Positions 1 through 10,340 are shown, counted from the first letter of the stretch. The stretch: 64,000 nucleotides of DNA from a bacterium (GCA_963681965.1 OY820579.1:3776001-3840000), one strand, 5' to 3'. Notes: generated by a model not told the origin, from the sequence alone. A program made the numbers and translations.

Positions 1-120
1 CCGTGCCTCGTCTTCTAAAGTGGAGTTGCCGCGCGAATAATAATCGATTCCTTTTTGTTCGAAAAAGTCGATCCGATTCATCTTCGCTGCAATCAAATCG
101 GATAACGTTTGCTTCAACAT
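1..120 (-). CDS. Partial (5' end only) ScdA/RIC-like protein, DUF542-like N-terminus
   Basis: Manual translation from ATG at 120: MLKQTLSDLIAAKMNRIDFFEQKGIDYYSRGNSTLEDEAR, with GAGG RBS. Resembles the ScdA_N 'GIDFCCGG..L' motif. Runs off the window. Confidence 0.5.
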   Translation of the reverse strand, partial: MLKQTLSDLIAAKMNRIDFFEQKGIDYYSRGNSTLEDEAR

Positions 121-131
121 TCTTGCCTCGT

Positions 132-164
132 AAGAAAAGAACCGATGACGTTTTCACGTCATCG
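132..164 (-). terminator. Intrinsic terminator downstream of elbB
   Basis: Minus strand CGATGACG-TGAAAA-CGTCATCG followed by GTTCTTTTCTT. Confidence 0.6.
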
Positions 165-206
165 TCATTGATAAATAAAACAATATTCGTCGGGATAAGA
201 TCTCCG

Positions 207-872
207 TCAAGCCAACGCGAGTACTTCTCCGACCAGTTTCTCGATGCCTTTTTCAACGTCGCTGATGCGGGTCTTCAGCATCCAAGCCGGTGTAGAAACA
301 ATCTTGTTGGTTCGGTCGACGACATAGTCCGTCACCGAACAACAGACGTGGCGCGCATTCATCGCTTCCAGATCCTTCGCGGAATTCGGATCGATTCCGA
401 GTGTCATCGTCACTTTCAGACCACTCTTTTCAAATACTTTCGCCACCACAACCGGACTAATACAAATTGCGCCAATCGGTTTTTTCCGTTGGTGCACTTT
501 TCGGATCAATTCCGCAACTTGCTCATCGACCGTGCAGTCGACACCATCGAAAGCATACGTTCCAATTTGTTTTGCGGCACCGAAACCACCGGGTAGAATC
601 AGTGCATCCAATTGATCTGCGATCTTGGGATCGACCGGATGAATGTTGCCGCGCACGATCCGCGCCGCTTCGATCATGACGTTGCGGGTTTCGCCCTTCA
701 TCGTCTCGCCGGTTATGTGATTAATAACCTGCGCTTGAGGCTTGTCCGGCGCCATCGCCACGACCTCAACCCCGGCACGATCCAGTACTAACAGCGTCAG
801 AATGGCTTCCTGAATTTCCGCACCATCCAAATGACCGCAACCAGCCAGAACAACACCAACTTTTTTCGCCAT
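207..872 (-). CDS. elbB: ElbB/ES1-type glyoxalase (DJ-1/PfpI superfamily)
   Basis: Motifs VLAGCGHLDGAEIQE, LPGGFGAAK, GAICISP, IVSTPAWM; start at ATG 872 with GGAG RBS. Confidence 0.92.
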   Translation of the reverse strand: MAKKVGVVLAGCGHLDGAEIQEAILTLLVLDRAGVEVVAMAPDKPQAQVINHITGETMKGETRNVMIEAARIVRGNIHPVDPKIADQLDALILPGGFGAAKQIGTYAFDGVDCTVDEQVAELIRKVHQRKKPIGAICISPVVVAKVFEKSGLKVTMTLGIDPNSAKDLEAMNARHVCCSVTDYVVDRTNKIVSTPAWMLKTRISDVEKGIEKLVGEVLALA

Positions 873-1065
873 TTCCGTCTCCGACGTAAACAACTTTAAC
901 TCTAGAAAATGGCGAAATTTCTCGACCGAAGCAACCTTTTTTCACGCGATTGATAAATGTTATCGTCCGACCGCGAAAAACCCAACCGCACCAAGTCATC
1001 GATTGGTTACGAAAAACCCCTGCTCGATAGGATGCAGGGGTTCAAATGGTTCGACTGGGTATTCA

Positions 1066-2292
1066 TTATTCCCAATACCAGACCTGCTGCAAAACGGTGG
1101 TCAATGGATAACCCGGAGGCGAGATATCCTGCAGCCGATTGTCGTACATATAATTCTTCAAATAGCCCGTCCGCGAAGTACCGGAACCTTGACCAACCGC
1201 GCCGCGCTTCTTTTGCGCCAATCCGCCGTAAATATTCAAGTAATTCGACTTGATCGAAGTATAAGTCGAATTGTAGAAATTGACCGTATTCGATGTCGAA
1301 GACTCGTTCATGCACAAAATATGCGCCATAATCGTACGATCAGTGTTGGCAACACTGTTCGTTACAGCGCAATTCAATCGAGTTACCAGCCCCAATAAGT
1401 CGGTGGAGGCGGGATTGACCCGGGGATCGGTGTTGTAAGTGATATCTCCGGTAATATTCATGTTTCCCTGCACCGCGAGCGTGTATTGCCCTTTTACTAC
1501 ACCGCTGACATTCACAGTATAGCCGGTGCTGGTTCCCGTATTGGGACCGACAAAAATAATCCCGTTGGTCGGACGAGTTGCCGCTGTCCATGCACCGGTC
1601 GAACTGGTTCTGACTTGATAAGTACCATCGGCAAGGAATTGAAGATAAAGCGTAGCAGTGTTGAAAACACGCCCACCCGCAATTGCTGCTGCGCGTAGTG
1701 AATCGGTATTTGTCGGCAAACTCATATCCGGAGCGCCCCAGTTCGGGGTTTGAGCAAAATACGGATTGGTGCCACTCGAGGCAGGGTTATAGCCTGTCGA
1801 TCCGTAGGATTGATGGCTAGAGACACTATTCATAAAGGCGGGGCGACCATCCATCGTAAAATAGGAATTCGTGTGGACGGGACCGCGCAAGGTGTCACCG
1901 GTGATAAACCGAATATTACTGCCATCGTTGTCGGTGATGTAGGCAAAACGGCTAAAAGAAGGGAATTGAAGAGTAACTTGGGCAGTATCGCGTTGGGCAC
2001 CGATTGCAGCGATACTGACCACTCGCAGTTGCGATCCACTGATACGGGTGATCGCGACGGTAAAAGTGCCGTTGCGGATAGATCCCGTTATGCCGCCTAA
2101 ACTATCCGAATGCAGCGTTAACTGATTTAATGCCCGGTTGATCCCGCTGGCAGTCAACAGCTTTAATTGCACCGCGTTTACCATCACCGATGTACTGTCC
2201 GAAACCGATTCCTGGGTCGAGCGCAATCGCGAGCCGACATATGTATATCCGACCAAAAACGCCATGACCATGATCAACGATAAGTTTCCCAT
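1066..2292 (-). CDS. PilX/GspK-like minor pilin-type protein with large C-terminal domain (DUF4900-like)
   Basis: N-terminal hydrophobic helix, 'ASGINRAL' PilX-like segment, 'GPVHTN' and 'GYLKNYMYDNRL...PPGYP' motifs; last gene of a 3-gene operon. Confidence 0.65.
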   Translation of the reverse strand: MGNLSLIMVMAFLVGYTYVGSRLRSTQESVSDSTSVMVNAVQLKLLTASGINRALNQLTLHSDSLGGITGSIRNGTFTVAITRISGSQLRVVSIAAIGAQRDTAQVTLQFPSFSRFAYITDNDGSNIRFITGDTLRGPVHTNSYFTMDGRPAFMNSVSSHQSYGSTGYNPASSGTNPYFAQTPNWGAPDMSLPTNTDSLRAAAIAGGRVFNTATLYLQFLADGTYQVRTSSTGAWTAATRPTNGIIFVGPNTGTSTGYTVNVSGVVKGQYTLAVQGNMNITGDITYNTDPRVNPASTDLLGLVTRLNCAVTNSVANTDRTIMAHILCMNESSTSNTVNFYNSTYTSIKSNYLNIYGGLAQKKRGAVGQGSGTSRTGYLKNYMYDNRLQDISPPGYPLTTVLQQVWYWE

Positions 2293-2300
2293 GGTTCACC

Positions 2301-2957
2301 TCACAAAAGATTACGGGGACGATACATTTTTTGAACGTTAATACTGGGAAATGCAGTGGTATCGGTCCAAGCCGGAGTGGTCCGCTCACCGGGCTTGGGA
2401 ATACGATACCGACTCTCGATCCGATAAGTAACGCGAATCATTTTGATTCGCAGTCGGTTCGTGGAATCGATCGGAGTACCGATTTGAACACCGTCGGCAT
2501 CGAAATAATTGAAAAAGAACCGGGTCATCCCATAAGAGACCAACTGCGATTGACCGTTTACACTACGATAGACGAAACCTTCATTGATGTTGGGGAGCGA
2601 ATCTTTCGCCGACCGACCGTTAGGAAACAACTTCGTGACTTTGTTGACAACCGGATACATGATTTGCCACTGGACACGGATCGAATCGCCGGTCGCCGCT
2701 TTCGTCGGTTTGTAGTTAAAGGCTAGGATGTTGGTATCTGCCTGAGTGATTGCCATGCGTGGTCGGATTAAACCATAACCAATCTTCAACAAATCGTAGT
2801 CCAGCAGCATTTTAATCTGTCGCGTGACAACAACCGGCATCCCTTCGGTATAGGCACGATTCGTCTCATCGGCAACCCTGCTGTTCATATTCACCAGCAA
2901 CAACAGCAGTACACCGCCGATGATCGAGGCTAACGCTAGATCGAGACCTGTATTCAT
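2301..2957 (-). CDS. PilW-like minor pilin-type protein
   Basis: N-terminal TM helix, 'LDYDLLKIGY' segment, C-terminal 'RPRNL' typical of PilW-like proteins; pilus locus context. Confidence 0.6.
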   Translation of the reverse strand: MNTGLDLALASIIGGVLLLLLVNMNSRVADETNRAYTEGMPVVVTRQIKMLLDYDLLKIGYGLIRPRMAITQADTNILAFNYKPTKAATGDSIRVQWQIMYPVVNKVTKLFPNGRSAKDSLPNINEGFVYRSVNGQSQLVSYGMTRFFFNYFDADGVQIGTPIDSTNRLRIKMIRVTYRIESRYRIPKPGERTTPAWTDTTAFPSINVQKMYRPRNLL

Positions 2958-2969
2958 CGTTTGCTCCGC

Positions 2970-3485
2970 TCAGTTAACCTGCCGTTGATCGAACAAATTC
3001 TGAAAAGTTGCGATAAAATTGAACACCAATGAACTATCGGTTAAAGAACTCATGTAGGTCGATTTGACCTTTAAGTTGATCCGCTTCGTGTACGACCGGG
3101 CAGTCAACGGTGTCGTCAGTTCGGTCGGCGAGACATAAAATACCTGCATCGTGACACGATAGGGGATGCCACCTACCGTCTGCGTGATATTGAGATTGTT
3201 GTAATCGTCCACATCGTCGAAAGTACCAGTGGAATAAGCTTCTCCGGTTTCGGCACCAAGCGATGCAACTGCCGTGAATTCCGAAGTCGTATCGGCAAGC
3301 GAATCGTTATCGAACCGTTTGTTGCGGCATTCAGTTAGGATCCGCTCACCTAGATTCAGCGCTTCGATGATCGCACTACTCTCGACCACCTTATTCGTTG
3401 TATTCTGAAGGGCACTGTTGACATTGAGTCCAATCACCCCGATCAGGATCAACGACCCGAGAACCAACATTGATTGAACGTTCAC
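2970..3485 (-). CDS. PilV-like minor pilin-type protein
   Basis: N-terminal TM helix, 'FDDVDDYN' motif, 'KRINLKV'; first gene of the operon. Confidence 0.6.
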   Translation of the reverse strand: MNVQSMLVLGSLILIGVIGLNVNSALQNTTNKVVESSAIIEALNLGERILTECRNKRFDNDSLADTTSEFTAVASLGAETGEAYSTGTFDDVDDYNNLNITQTVGGIPYRVTMQVFYVSPTELTTPLTARSYTKRINLKVKSTYMSSLTDSSLVFNFIATFQNLFDQRQVN

Positions 3486-3663
3486 GATACCTTCCGTAAC
3501 TCATGACAGATGAATTTCACAAGAAACACTACTTGCCGGAGCGATCTCAACCCACTATCGATGGACTGGAATGAAGAAAGCTCGACAACAATTCCAGTTG
3601 TTATCAAGCTACAATGTGTTAATTGTCAAGCATAGAGGAGGAGAGTGCTCTCCTAAAATATTA

Positions 3664-3679
3664 TGTGATCTGTATCACC
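3664..3679. promoter_or_regulatory. CRP/FNR-family binding box upstream of the minor pilin operon
   Basis: TGTGA-TCTGTA-TCACC versus consensus TGTGA-N6-TCACA. Confidence 0.6.
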
Positions 3680-3684
3680 TAATA

Positions 3685-4599
3685 CTAATGTGAAGACATA
3701 TTTCTGGACTGAAGTACTTGACTCGGCGTCATCGATTCACGAACCAGAGCGAGTACCCGCTTCCGAATAAAGCCACCGTAATTCAAGGTAAATTCCACCG
3801 ATGCCGAGGGTTGATCGATTCGGGTCACAAAACCGAGATAAACCGGATCGCCTTCCTTAATCGCGATCAATGCCCCTTGTTGATCCTGCATATACGCGAT
3901 CTTATTGGAGATGGCAACCAGTTTCGAGCGATCCACTTCGGCATATCCATCTTCATTTTTCGGCAGTCGTTCTGAAACCAACGGTTTGAAGGGATTCCAT
4001 TGAATCCGATTCATCGGTTCGGAAGTCGATGCAATCTCGTCCGTACCGTTTTGTGCCGCGTATGCGACGACTCGAGTATTTAGCGATACCATTTCAATCG
4101 GATGCCGGTCGTCTTCTGCTGGAGGTTTCGCATCCATCTGCATTTCGATAATCACCATCAACCGCTTGTTGGTCTCGAAATAATTCAGAAATTCGAATAG
4201 TTGCTCGAAGGTGACATCCGCCCGGAAACTGTACTTCCGCGCCGAGAGACCAAGCGTATCGCGTTGATCCTCGAATTCGAAATCGAACGGGAATGGATGT
4301 TTGGTCTTCATCACAATACTGTGAAGATACTTGTAACTAATCTTGGTGTCTTCGGTGTGCGGAAGAATTTTATTGCGATGTTGCCAGCGCGAACGCATCT
4401 CCGCCAAGTCCTTCCGACTCCGCTCGATCTCGGAAAAAATAACGGCGTCTTTCATCAGTTTGGCATCAAGGTCGCGCATCTGTAGCGTGATCTTATTCTT
4501 CGCCTTCTGTGCTGGAAAGACCAGCACAAACCAACCGATCGAATTCACGATCAAAATCAATATTGCGAGGATAATACTGTTGCGGATGGCGTACGGCAT
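3685..4599 (-). CDS. PilO-like protein with C-terminal PilP-like extension
   Basis: TM, coiled coil, 'TFEQLFEFLNYFE...RLMVI' PilO-like region, then 'WNPFKPL...IKEGDPVYLGFVTRID' PilP-like region. Confidence 0.65.
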   Translation of the reverse strand: MPYAIRNSIILAILILIVNSIGWFVLVFPAQKAKNKITLQMRDLDAKLMKDAVIFSEIERSRKDLAEMRSRWQHRNKILPHTEDTKISYKYLHSIVMKTKHPFPFDFEFEDQRDTLGLSARKYSFRADVTFEQLFEFLNYFETNKRLMVIIEMQMDAKPPAEDDRHPIEMVSLNTRVVAYAAQNGTDEIASTSEPMNRIQWNPFKPLVSERLPKNEDGYAEVDRSKLVAISNKIAYMQDQQGALIAIKEGDPVYLGFVTRIDQPSASVEFTLNYGGFIRKRVLALVRESMTPSQVLQSRNMSSH

Positions 4600-6305
4600 T
4601 AGCTTACCCCCCCGGACTTACTTCCACCCATCGCATCGGGTCGCTCGTAGTTGCTACCCGGATCGGCGGCTTTACTCGAATCCGATTCGGATCCCGGTAC
4701 AACACCCGACTTCAACGAAGTTGGATCGTGTGGCGGTTCATCCGGCGGATAAGGTATCTTCAGCTCGAATTTATAAATCGTTTTCTTCTGCACCGAGATT
4801 CGGTTGACACTTAGAATTACTGTATTGGGAAAGATCTTGGCAATATCGTTGACCCGCGACAGATACAACGATTTTCCCATCAGGGTGATGCCATGTTTGC
4901 CGGTCTGAATCGATTCGATCCAGATCGATTTGATCTTGTTTCCCTTATCGTTCAATTCCGAGAGAACGCTGCTCCAGCGATGACTGCCGATCGATAATGA
5001 ATCGGATAACTTCAGCAATCGCTGCATATCGTTAATATTGAGATTGAGGGTATCCAATTCGGAATGGAGGGCAAGATTGATCTGATCCTGCGCCTGTTTC
5101 TGAGTGAACATCCGTTTCTGGAACAACAACTCTTTCCGCTCACCGACCGATCGAAACGTGACTCCCATTGTCGAAACAAATAGTAAGGCGAGTAACAGAT
5201 AGGTATGCCACGCAAAACTCAAAACACGCTGCGACCGGCGAATCGTTTCCGGAAGCATATTCGACTTCCAGAATAATTTCGGTTCGAGCATCTTCAGTGC
5301 GATGCCGATCGAAACCGTGAATTCGGAAAGAATCGCGTGCTCTTCGGTGGATAGCAGCGAATCGTCGCAGCCGCCATTCATAATCACACGCAAGGCGGCA
5401 TGTGGGTAGCGATGTTCGAAAAATTCTCGGGCACCATTGTTCTCGACATTGCCCGAGAGCGCAAAACGGTGAACTTCGGGAATTCCCAATTCGTCTTGCT
5501 CGAAGAGAATTTTACTGGTCAATGTCTGCAATAACGATTGCGGCGAAGATCCGGTCGGGATCAGCGGTGCAACCGCGATAACTTCGTCTTCCCGCAGAAC
5601 CATCAGGTGGGTGTATTCTTTTCCGATATGGATATAGACGGTGACCTCGCCGGTTGAGGCAGGCCATTCCATATTCATCATACCGGTCAATGCTACTTCG
5701 ACCGTATCGATCAATTCGTAGCGTAATCGGGGATTCCCAAACTGATTTTTTAATTCGCCGAAGCGATCGATTAATTTAAATTTGTCGCGATGAACGAAGC
5801 ACCACGCCGGACCATTCTTCTGAATTTCGACATAGGAATTGGAGTTGGTAACTTCTTCGCCAATTATCGTTTGTGCTTCGGCGCGGACGCGTTGTCCGAA
5901 ATTGCCGGGTTTCTCGCCCGGAAGCAGTTCTCCACCATTATAGAACCGGACATTTACCGGCGAGATCGCAAACCCGAGTTTACTCTTTCCGACCGGCATA
6001 CTCTGCATCGCCGATGCAATGATGCGATCGTCGTCCTCCGACTTTTCGAACGTCTCGACCAATCCCGAAACAGCAGCCTCTAGATCGGCTCCGAATGGCG
6101 ACGCCTCAACCGCTGCCGGTTGCATCGCGTTCGCCTGATCGGGTGTATCGATCGCTGCCGTCAGCGTCAACCGTTGAATCGAGGCGATATGAACCTGCCC
6201 CTTAGATCGCACCAGTAGCGCGATCAAGAGGTCGTTCCCATCGGTTTGAAAACCGATGGCATGTGCGCCTGAGTGCGGTATAATATTCAGATTAGGGGTT
6301 TCCAT
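4599..6305 (-). CDS. PilM-PilN-like fusion protein
   Basis: Actin-like PilM region ('YIHIGKEYTHL', 'FALSG'), then 'NMLP' + TM + coiled coil + 'IWIESI...LMGKS' PilN region. Confidence 0.7.
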   Translation of the reverse strand: METPNLNIIPHSGAHAIGFQTDGNDLLIALLVRSKGQVHIASIQRLTLTAAIDTPDQANAMQPAAVEASPFGADLEAAVSGLVETFEKSEDDDRIIASAMQSMPVGKSKLGFAISPVNVRFYNGGELLPGEKPGNFGQRVRAEAQTIIGEEVTNSNSYVEIQKNGPAWCFVHRDKFKLIDRFGELKNQFGNPRLRYELIDTVEVALTGMMNMEWPASTGEVTVYIHIGKEYTHLMVLREDEVIAVAPLIPTGSSPQSLLQTLTSKILFEQDELGIPEVHRFALSGNVENNGAREFFEHRYPHAALRVIMNGGCDDSLLSTEEHAILSEFTVSIGIALKMLEPKLFWKSNMLPETIRRSQRVLSFAWHTYLLLALLFVSTMGVTFRSVGERKELLFQKRMFTQKQAQDQINLALHSELDTLNLNINDMQRLLKLSDSLSIGSHRWSSVLSELNDKGNKIKSIWIESIQTGKHGITLMGKSLYLSRVNDIAKIFPNTVILSVNRISVQKKTIYKFELKIPYPPDEPPHDPTSLKSGVVPGSESDSSKAADPGSNYERPDAMGGSKSGGVS

Positions 6306-6306
6306 A

Positions 6307-7545
6307 TCAGATCCCCGAGATGAGTTCTTGCATTCGCTTCTTGTTGTTGGCGTAATCCATCGCGATCTGTGTCGTGATGCGTCGTTGTTGGACCAATCGG
6401 CGAAGATCCTGTTCGATCGTCACCATGCCGTCGGCAGACGATTCGTGAATCATCTGATAAATTTCAGTGGTATTGTTGTTACGGATTGCCGCACGAACAC
6501 TGGAATTTATCACCAACACCTCTTTCGCCAGACAACGCTTTCCGTCCACGGTCGGAACCAGTTTCTGCGAGATAATACACTGCAAAACGTCGGCGAGTCG
6601 CATGCGAACTCGCGACTGTTCCGTATCCGGGACTTCCGCGACGATACGGTCGATCGATTCGACCGCCGATGCGGTGTGTAACGTGGAAAAGACTTTGTGT
6701 CCCGAATCGGTAATGTCCAGCGCAGTCATAATCGTTTCCGGATCGCGCATTTCTCCGATGACAATGATATCGGGGTCTTGCCGCAATGCCTGAATCGCGC
6801 CATCCTTGAATGAAACCACATCGCGACCGACTTCGCGGTGCCGGATAATACACCGTGCCGATTGGTGAATCGTTTCGATCGGCGATGCGATGATCACGAT
6901 ATGTGCGTCAACCGTCTTGTTGTTGGCATCGATGATCGAATCGAGTGTTGTCGATTTTCCCGATCCGGTAATACCGGTTACCAGCACCAAACCCAATTTA
7001 ACGTGTGCCAGCGACAATACCCGCGCGACGTTCGAGCTTAACTCCAATTCCTTGAAGGGGCGGATCGAACCGGTAATATACCGCATATTCAGCGCCAGAT
7101 GACCCATGTCGAAATAGGCGTCGGCACGAAATCGCAGTTGTTCCGGGACGTCACGACCGGGTCGCGTCGCCAGTGTTGTATACGAAAAATCGCAGTTTCG
7201 TTCTTTCCACAATGCCCAGAGTTGCGAATCGTCGAGCAAATTCAAAATCGCGATATCGGTCTGATCCGGAATATATCGCCCCGATACTTGATCGGGACTT
7301 TTGATGCCGTGTACCCGATACCAAATGTATCCACCGGAAGATGAACCACCGAAATCGATATCGCTCGCCGTGATATCGGGCATTTTCGCAACGATATCTT
7401 GAATAAATTGGAACAGCGGCTGTCGCTGTCGCCAATCGTATTTTTTCAGGATAGCAGCCATCTGCCGCAACCGTTCGACGCCGGTTGTGTAAGGGTCGAT
7501 TTCCCCTAAAATCTGGTTGGTGATATCGACCAGTTCTTGCGGCAT
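6307..7545 (-). CDS. pilT: PilT/PilU-family retraction ATPase
   Basis: Walker A GITGSGKS, ALRQDPDIIVIGEMRD, GHKVFSTLHT, AIRN motif; start ATG 7545 overlaps upstream stop (TAATG). Confidence 0.88.
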   Translation of the reverse strand: MPQELVDITNQILGEIDPYTTGVERLRQMAAILKKYDWRQRQPLFQFIQDIVAKMPDITASDIDFGGSSSGGYIWYRVHGIKSPDQVSGRYIPDQTDIAILNLLDDSQLWALWKERNCDFSYTTLATRPGRDVPEQLRFRADAYFDMGHLALNMRYITGSIRPFKELELSSNVARVLSLAHVKLGLVLVTGITGSGKSTTLDSIIDANNKTVDAHIVIIASPIETIHQSARCIIRHREVGRDVVSFKDGAIQALRQDPDIIVIGEMRDPETIMTALDITDSGHKVFSTLHTASAVESIDRIVAEVPDTEQSRVRMRLADVLQCIISQKLVPTVDGKRCLAKEVLVINSSVRAAIRNNNTTEIYQMIHESSADGMVTIEQDLRRLVQQRRITTQIAMDYANNKKRMQELISGI

Positions 7546-8930
7546 TAGTGAATAACTCCTGAAACTTGACGCATCGCCCGACCATTGTCGCCGGCAACGG
7601 CAATCGTCAACACTGTCATTGCACCGATTGCATGATCGATCGTATCCGGATCCGATAGCGTAAAGGTGAAATGCGTCCAATCATCGGACCAAGTGTCCGG
7701 GAAGATCAGGTTAATGTCGCCATTCAACGTACCGAAGGTCGAAGTCACCATGTACTGCGTTCCCGAGGACAACGGGTGATCGTAGACATCGCTCAAGGTG
7801 ATATTGAATTGCTGCATTCCGCGATTGGGAATATCGAACGTGTTCGGTACAACATTAAAGTTCCAAATCACGCCGGTCCACAAAACCGTGCCAAAAATCG
7901 AATAACGATGACCGGTGCAATCCACTGTCTGCAAGTGAACTCGCGACCAGCCACGATCGGTACTGTTGAACGGGAAGGGGTTACCGCTAAGAAGCAGTAC
8001 GCGAGACATACCGTCGATATTCGCATTGCCTTGCGGTTCCACCACACCGTGATCGGAATAGAAATAACATTGAGTTCCAACCGGTACCGGATTCGAATAC
8101 CGATCGCCAATCAGCGCTACGACCGTATCAACCCGACCCACCCAGTCGAGACCGGGATAATTAATCCGGTGGAAACCGACAGTCGTATGAACGGAATCCG
8201 GCGGACCGGTATGGACCGATAACTGCACCGGACGAGCACGAATTGTATCGTGTACCGTTGCCATGATTTGCAGAGTTCCCGGGCGGGTACCGGAAATGAC
8301 CGAAACCATTGCGCGACCATTTTCATTCGTTACTGCGGTATCGTTGCCAAGATATTCGCCACCGGTGGTGCCACCCAAAATGGAAAACCGAACCGTCGCG
8401 GAATTATTCAAATCGACCGGAACACCGCGAGTATCGCGCACTTCATAAGTCAACCGCGCAGTTTCGACTTCACCGGTTTCCCGAACGGTAATGTACGGTA
8501 CGTTGGATCCCACGAAGTAAATCGTTGCCGGAGAAGTGGAGGGTCCAGAATTGGAAGTGTCGGGATCGTCGGCAAGATTCTTCAGTGAAAGTGTCGGGAC
8601 TTGATACTTCCTGCCCGAAACGATGTAAAGCACCGTAGTATCTTTACCGTATCCACTGCCAGCCGAGGCGTACACATGAATATTTTGCTTGAGACTGTCG
8701 CCGACTTCGATAAAGAGGGTATAGTTACCGGTGGAATCGGTACCAGTTGTCACTTCCGGATACTCCACCACGCCGACCGATGCATTCGGAATACCGCGCT
8801 CGGTGCGGACATTCTGAACCGTACCGGTTAGCACAACCGACGTATCGGTAACGACACTTTTGTCCTTGCTCTTGCACCCAAGGAACGCAAGCAGGATCGA
8901 AAGGAGAATTAAATATCGCAATCGGAACAT
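7545..8930 (-). CDS. Lipoprotein with carboxypeptidase-regulatory-like and bacterial Ig-like (Big_1/invasin-like) domains
   Basis: Lipobox LAFLG-C; 'VRDTRGVPV...VRFSI...TNENGRA' and 'GDRYSNPVPVGT' Big_1-like repeats. Confidence 0.7.
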   Translation of the reverse strand: MFRLRYLILLSILLAFLGCKSKDKSVVTDTSVVLTGTVQNVRTERGIPNASVGVVEYPEVTTGTDSTGNYTLFIEVGDSLKQNIHVYASAGSGYGKDTTVLYIVSGRKYQVPTLSLKNLADDPDTSNSGPSTSPATIYFVGSNVPYITVRETGEVETARLTYEVRDTRGVPVDLNNSATVRFSILGGTTGGEYLGNDTAVTNENGRAMVSVISGTRPGTLQIMATVHDTIRARPVQLSVHTGPPDSVHTTVGFHRINYPGLDWVGRVDTVVALIGDRYSNPVPVGTQCYFYSDHGVVEPQGNANIDGMSRVLLLSGNPFPFNSTDRGWSRVHLQTVDCTGHRYSIFGTVLWTGVIWNFNVVPNTFDIPNRGMQQFNITLSDVYDHPLSSGTQYMVTSTFGTLNGDINLIFPDTWSDDWTHFTFTLSDPDTIDHAIGAMTVLTIAVAGDNGRAMRQVSGVIH

Positions 8931-8996
8931 ATCCGCTCCAGTACTAAAATTGCTTTAACAGACTAGCTTCCGCGACCGACAGTTATTGCTTCGGGA

Positions 8997-10340
8997 TCAA
9001 GTACCCGGCATCTTCGGGCGAATTACCGCAGTTTCGGACGACACCACAGTAATTGCCGTCATGACGAACATAATCAACATCGCGATCACAACCTGAATTA
9101 AATCGATGATCGTACGCAACCGGTAGGTTGTCTCTTTTTCATAATAATTCGCGACTTGCATCGCCGTCTGACGAATGGTACCGGTTTCGGCGCCGCTCCG
9201 CAACCGCGACAGCGAGTTTTCAGTGAAAACTTTCGACGCTTCGAGCGATTCGATCAATCCCTTGCCTTCTTTCAGCATCATCGGAATCGCGACATCTTTG
9301 ATTTGTAATTCGAAGTATCGGTTATTGCTTGCTTCGGCAGCGACGCGGATCGCTTCGATATTTTCACCGGAACCGCTATACAGCGAATAAAAGACCCGGC
9401 AAAATACCTCGATCGCGGTCTTGTGTGTGATACTACCAATTACCGGCACATGCAGCATGAACCGGTCGACCAGATAGCGACCGCGTTCGGTCTTGACAAA
9501 TGCCATGAATCCGATCACCGGTCCGAAACAGAGCAGTGTGATAATGATCCAATGCGCCTTCAGATAATCCGCCATATCCATTGTTGCTTTGGTCATAGGA
9601 GGTAATGGAATTTTGAATCGAAGGAACATTTCCGCTGTTTTCGGGAAAATATAACCGACATAGAAGAGCACCGCGATAAACAAAACGAGCACGGTTATCA
9701 TGGGCATAATCAATGCACTACGAAGCGATTTTTTAAATTCGGCGGTCCGTTCCAAAAACTTCGCAGTAGCATCGTAGACATCGACCATATTACCCGATTT
9801 CGAGGCAACACCGAGCATATAGGTGGTAAATTTTCCGAGTGCCGCTTCGTGCTTCCCGTAGACTTCCTTACCGTCTTTCCCTTCGCGTAAGTCTTTGCTA
9901 ACCTCACGTACAACCTCGCGGAGTGATTTACTTTGGAGGTCGTTTCCGAGCAAGTTCAGGATCTCATCGTAGGGAAGTTTTTCTCGCAATAGGTCGGAAG
10001 AGAGCCGGATAAACATCACCACGTCGTTTTGCGACGGCTTCCCCTGCATCTCGAATAGTTTGGGTGAAATACGGTGGACTTTGAATCCCAGACGTTCGAG
10101 TGCGGCACGAACCTCATCGCCGGAATAGGCTTTCTGTTCGCCTGTGATCGGCTTATCAACGCCTTTCTGGACTTTGTAGAGGAACGTACGCTTCTTGTCG
10201 ATGCGGGAAATAGTGAAGCCGTGTTTGGAAGCTAAATCGACGGCGCGTTTTTTCGCCTCAATTTTTGTAGTAGCGGAGATCACGCCCTGTACCAATTTAC
10301 CGGACGCAGTCAACCCTTGATATCGGAAATCAAAACTCAA
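8997..10340 (-). CDS. pilC: PilC/GspF-family platform protein
   Basis: T2SSF repeats, 'LRSALIMP', 'FPKTAEMF...LPPMT', 'GAETG'; likely TTG start at 10340 (ORF open to 10379). Confidence 0.88.
   Translation of the reverse strand: MSFDFRYQGLTASGKLVQGVISATTKIEAKKRAVDLASKHGFTISRIDKKRTFLYKVQKGVDKPITGEQKAYSGDEVRAALERLGFKVHRISPKLFEMQGKPSQNDVVMFIRLSSDLLREKLPYDEILNLLGNDLQSKSLREVVREVSKDLREGKDGKEVYGKHEAALGKFTTYMLGVASKSGNMVDVYDATAKFLERTAEFKKSLRSALIMPMITVLVLFIAVLFYVGYIFPKTAEMFLRFKIPLPPMTKATMDMADYLKAHWIIITLLCFGPVIGFMAFVKTERGRYLVDRFMLHVPVIGSITHKTAIEVFCRVFYSLYSGSGENIEAIRVAAEASNNRYFELQIKDVAIPMMLKEGKGLIESLEASKVFTENSLSRLRSGAETGTIRQTAMQVANYYEKETTYRLRTIIDLIQVVIAMLIMFVMTAITVVSSETAVIRPKMPGT

Noticed and set aside
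7546-7680. N-terminal extension of the PilT ORF and long antisense ORFs such as 3..596, 37190..38140 and 49180..50046
   Set aside because: They are shadow frames overlapping well-supported genes and have no motifs.
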